From: Hydrolagus colliei
Taxonomy: Eukaryota
DNA length: 64,000 nt
Assembly: GCA_035084275.1 (NCBI GenBank)
Contig: CM068750.1
Span: 8,804,001 to 8,868,000 of the forward strand
Direction of reading: 5' to 3'
Position 1 is the stretch's first letter. Each line of letters begins with the position of its first letter. The notes below the pieces were generated by a model. The model saw only the letters and a program-made list of their open reading frames with translations. It had not been told where the DNA came from and ran no database searches. Position numbers and translations under genes: made by a program. Of the stretch, positions 62,671 to 64,000 are shown one piece after another.

Positions 62671-64000
62671 CTGCAGGGGGGAAAATAAATTCCCAATCAG
62701 CTCCCCATTCAGAAACCGTAAGAATCCCTTTGTTCATTCTTTCCTCTGAAGACGAGAGCCTCCAATCTTCAATTATACTGTCTTAGTTAGCGTCTGTTCT
62801 GTTAGCAATGTATTTACATTGCAGGCCTCAGATGAGAGATTCTCAAATTTGCATGAGATCTGCAGATACAACACAAGTGGCTTTAAAAGCTCTTGATATT
62901 GATTCAGAAAAAAAAAGGTTGGAATGGCACAGAAACAATGGGTCAAATAGCCTCTTCTGTATAGAAAACGTCTCTGTTTGTGTAATAGACAAAATGCAGC
63001 ATGGATTCTGTTACTGAAAGCTTTCAATTTCAGTTCTCATTCTGGTTTGAGCATGGAACTATCAGCAGTGTACTGCAGAGAGCAATCCTTCTTTTCTCGA
63101 CTCACAATTGAATAAGAGGGAATGCAGATAGTCAGAATTACTCAGTTTATGTAAAACTTCTTTGTCATTTGTTAGTGCCGTTTTTATCTCATGTCTTGGT
63201 CTATAACGAAAGACTAATGCTGATGTGTGCACATGCTTAATCTTCAACCGACCAACAGCATCAGCCAATGAATAGAACAAAGCCGTACAATGCGAAAGCT
63301 GGTGTTTGGTTACGCTTAAAGTATAAGAGTAATGAAGAGGTAGAAGTCCGAAATTGCCGCAAATATTTTGCTTGTTTATCTTGGCATCACATCATACGGA
63401 CACTTTTTGGAACAACAGCAATCACATTACAGCACATCTCAGGAGTGATCCTGCAAATCTGACAGCTCATTAGCCAGCTTTAGGAAACCAAACTGCCTTT
63501 GAGGATTTCCACGGCCCCTTTATATTTTACACAGCGGCGGTAGTAAAAGTACACAAGATCTGCAGCTCTGAACGCAGAGCTCACAAAGCATGTTGTGTAC
63601 ACTCCTACGCTCTTTGGGTGGGATTGGAAAGTCCTATACATTTCATAAGAATGACAAACTCTTTCTCCTTCATTTCCACTTCACAAGGTGCCTGTCTGGA
63701 GGAGAAAATGGATTTCATCCGGAAAGCCCTCCTTTATAAAACGGCATGAGACTATATTGTTTTTCCGCCAGCATCACCAGACACCCTGGCACTGTTAAAC
63801 ACTAGCTGTTGTGAAGAAGGGTGCAAATTACTATAATTCACCTCACACTACTAGTAGCAGTTATTTTTATGGTTTTTTATTCCCTCCAATCGTACTCTGC
63901 ATTCTATACAACTGTATTCAGAATGTTAAAACGTCAGTCATAGGAAGGGATATTTCTTAAAAGTTAAATGCAGTAATAATGAGACTTAATCTGTCCCTTC

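Noticed and set aside
1-64000. Remaining 60-160 aa ORFs, CRISPR arrays, prokaryotic operons, rRNA, known miRNAs
   Set aside because: The ORFs have random-sequence composition or overlap repeats. I saw no regularly spaced repeat-spacer array and no recognisable rRNA or miRNA sequence, and the DNA is vertebrate-like.

Overview
This is AT-rich, CpG-depleted eukaryotic genomic DNA with no recognisable cellular protein-coding gene, so it reads as large-intron or intergenic sequence. The repeat content points to a cartilaginous fish, probably a holocephalan such as Callorhinchus (inference). It comprises tRNA-headed Deu-domain SINEs with L2-type tails, L2 and CR1 LINE fragments, a Penelope-type palindrome, and Tigger and hAT MITEs. 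The only ORFs I can assign are transposon remnants: an L2 ORF2 C-terminus (57534-58418), a CR1 ORF2 fragment (about 41060-41500) and a Tigger transposase C-terminus (within 25332-25892). The most notable object is a TSD-flanked 212-bp palindrome (6097-6308). Its two arms each end in a minimal hammerhead-ribozyme core; the minus-strand core is intact and the plus-strand core has decayed. Other leads are a double-CRE/E-box/ISRE cluster (4235-4332), three MITEs within 1.5 kb (24478-26020), locally templated sequence at L2 insertion junctions, a longer CORE-like SINE variant, and a candidate minus-strand exon (62595-62670). Boundaries of degenerate repeats are approximate and were read by eye, and family names come from recalled consensus motifs rather than database searches.
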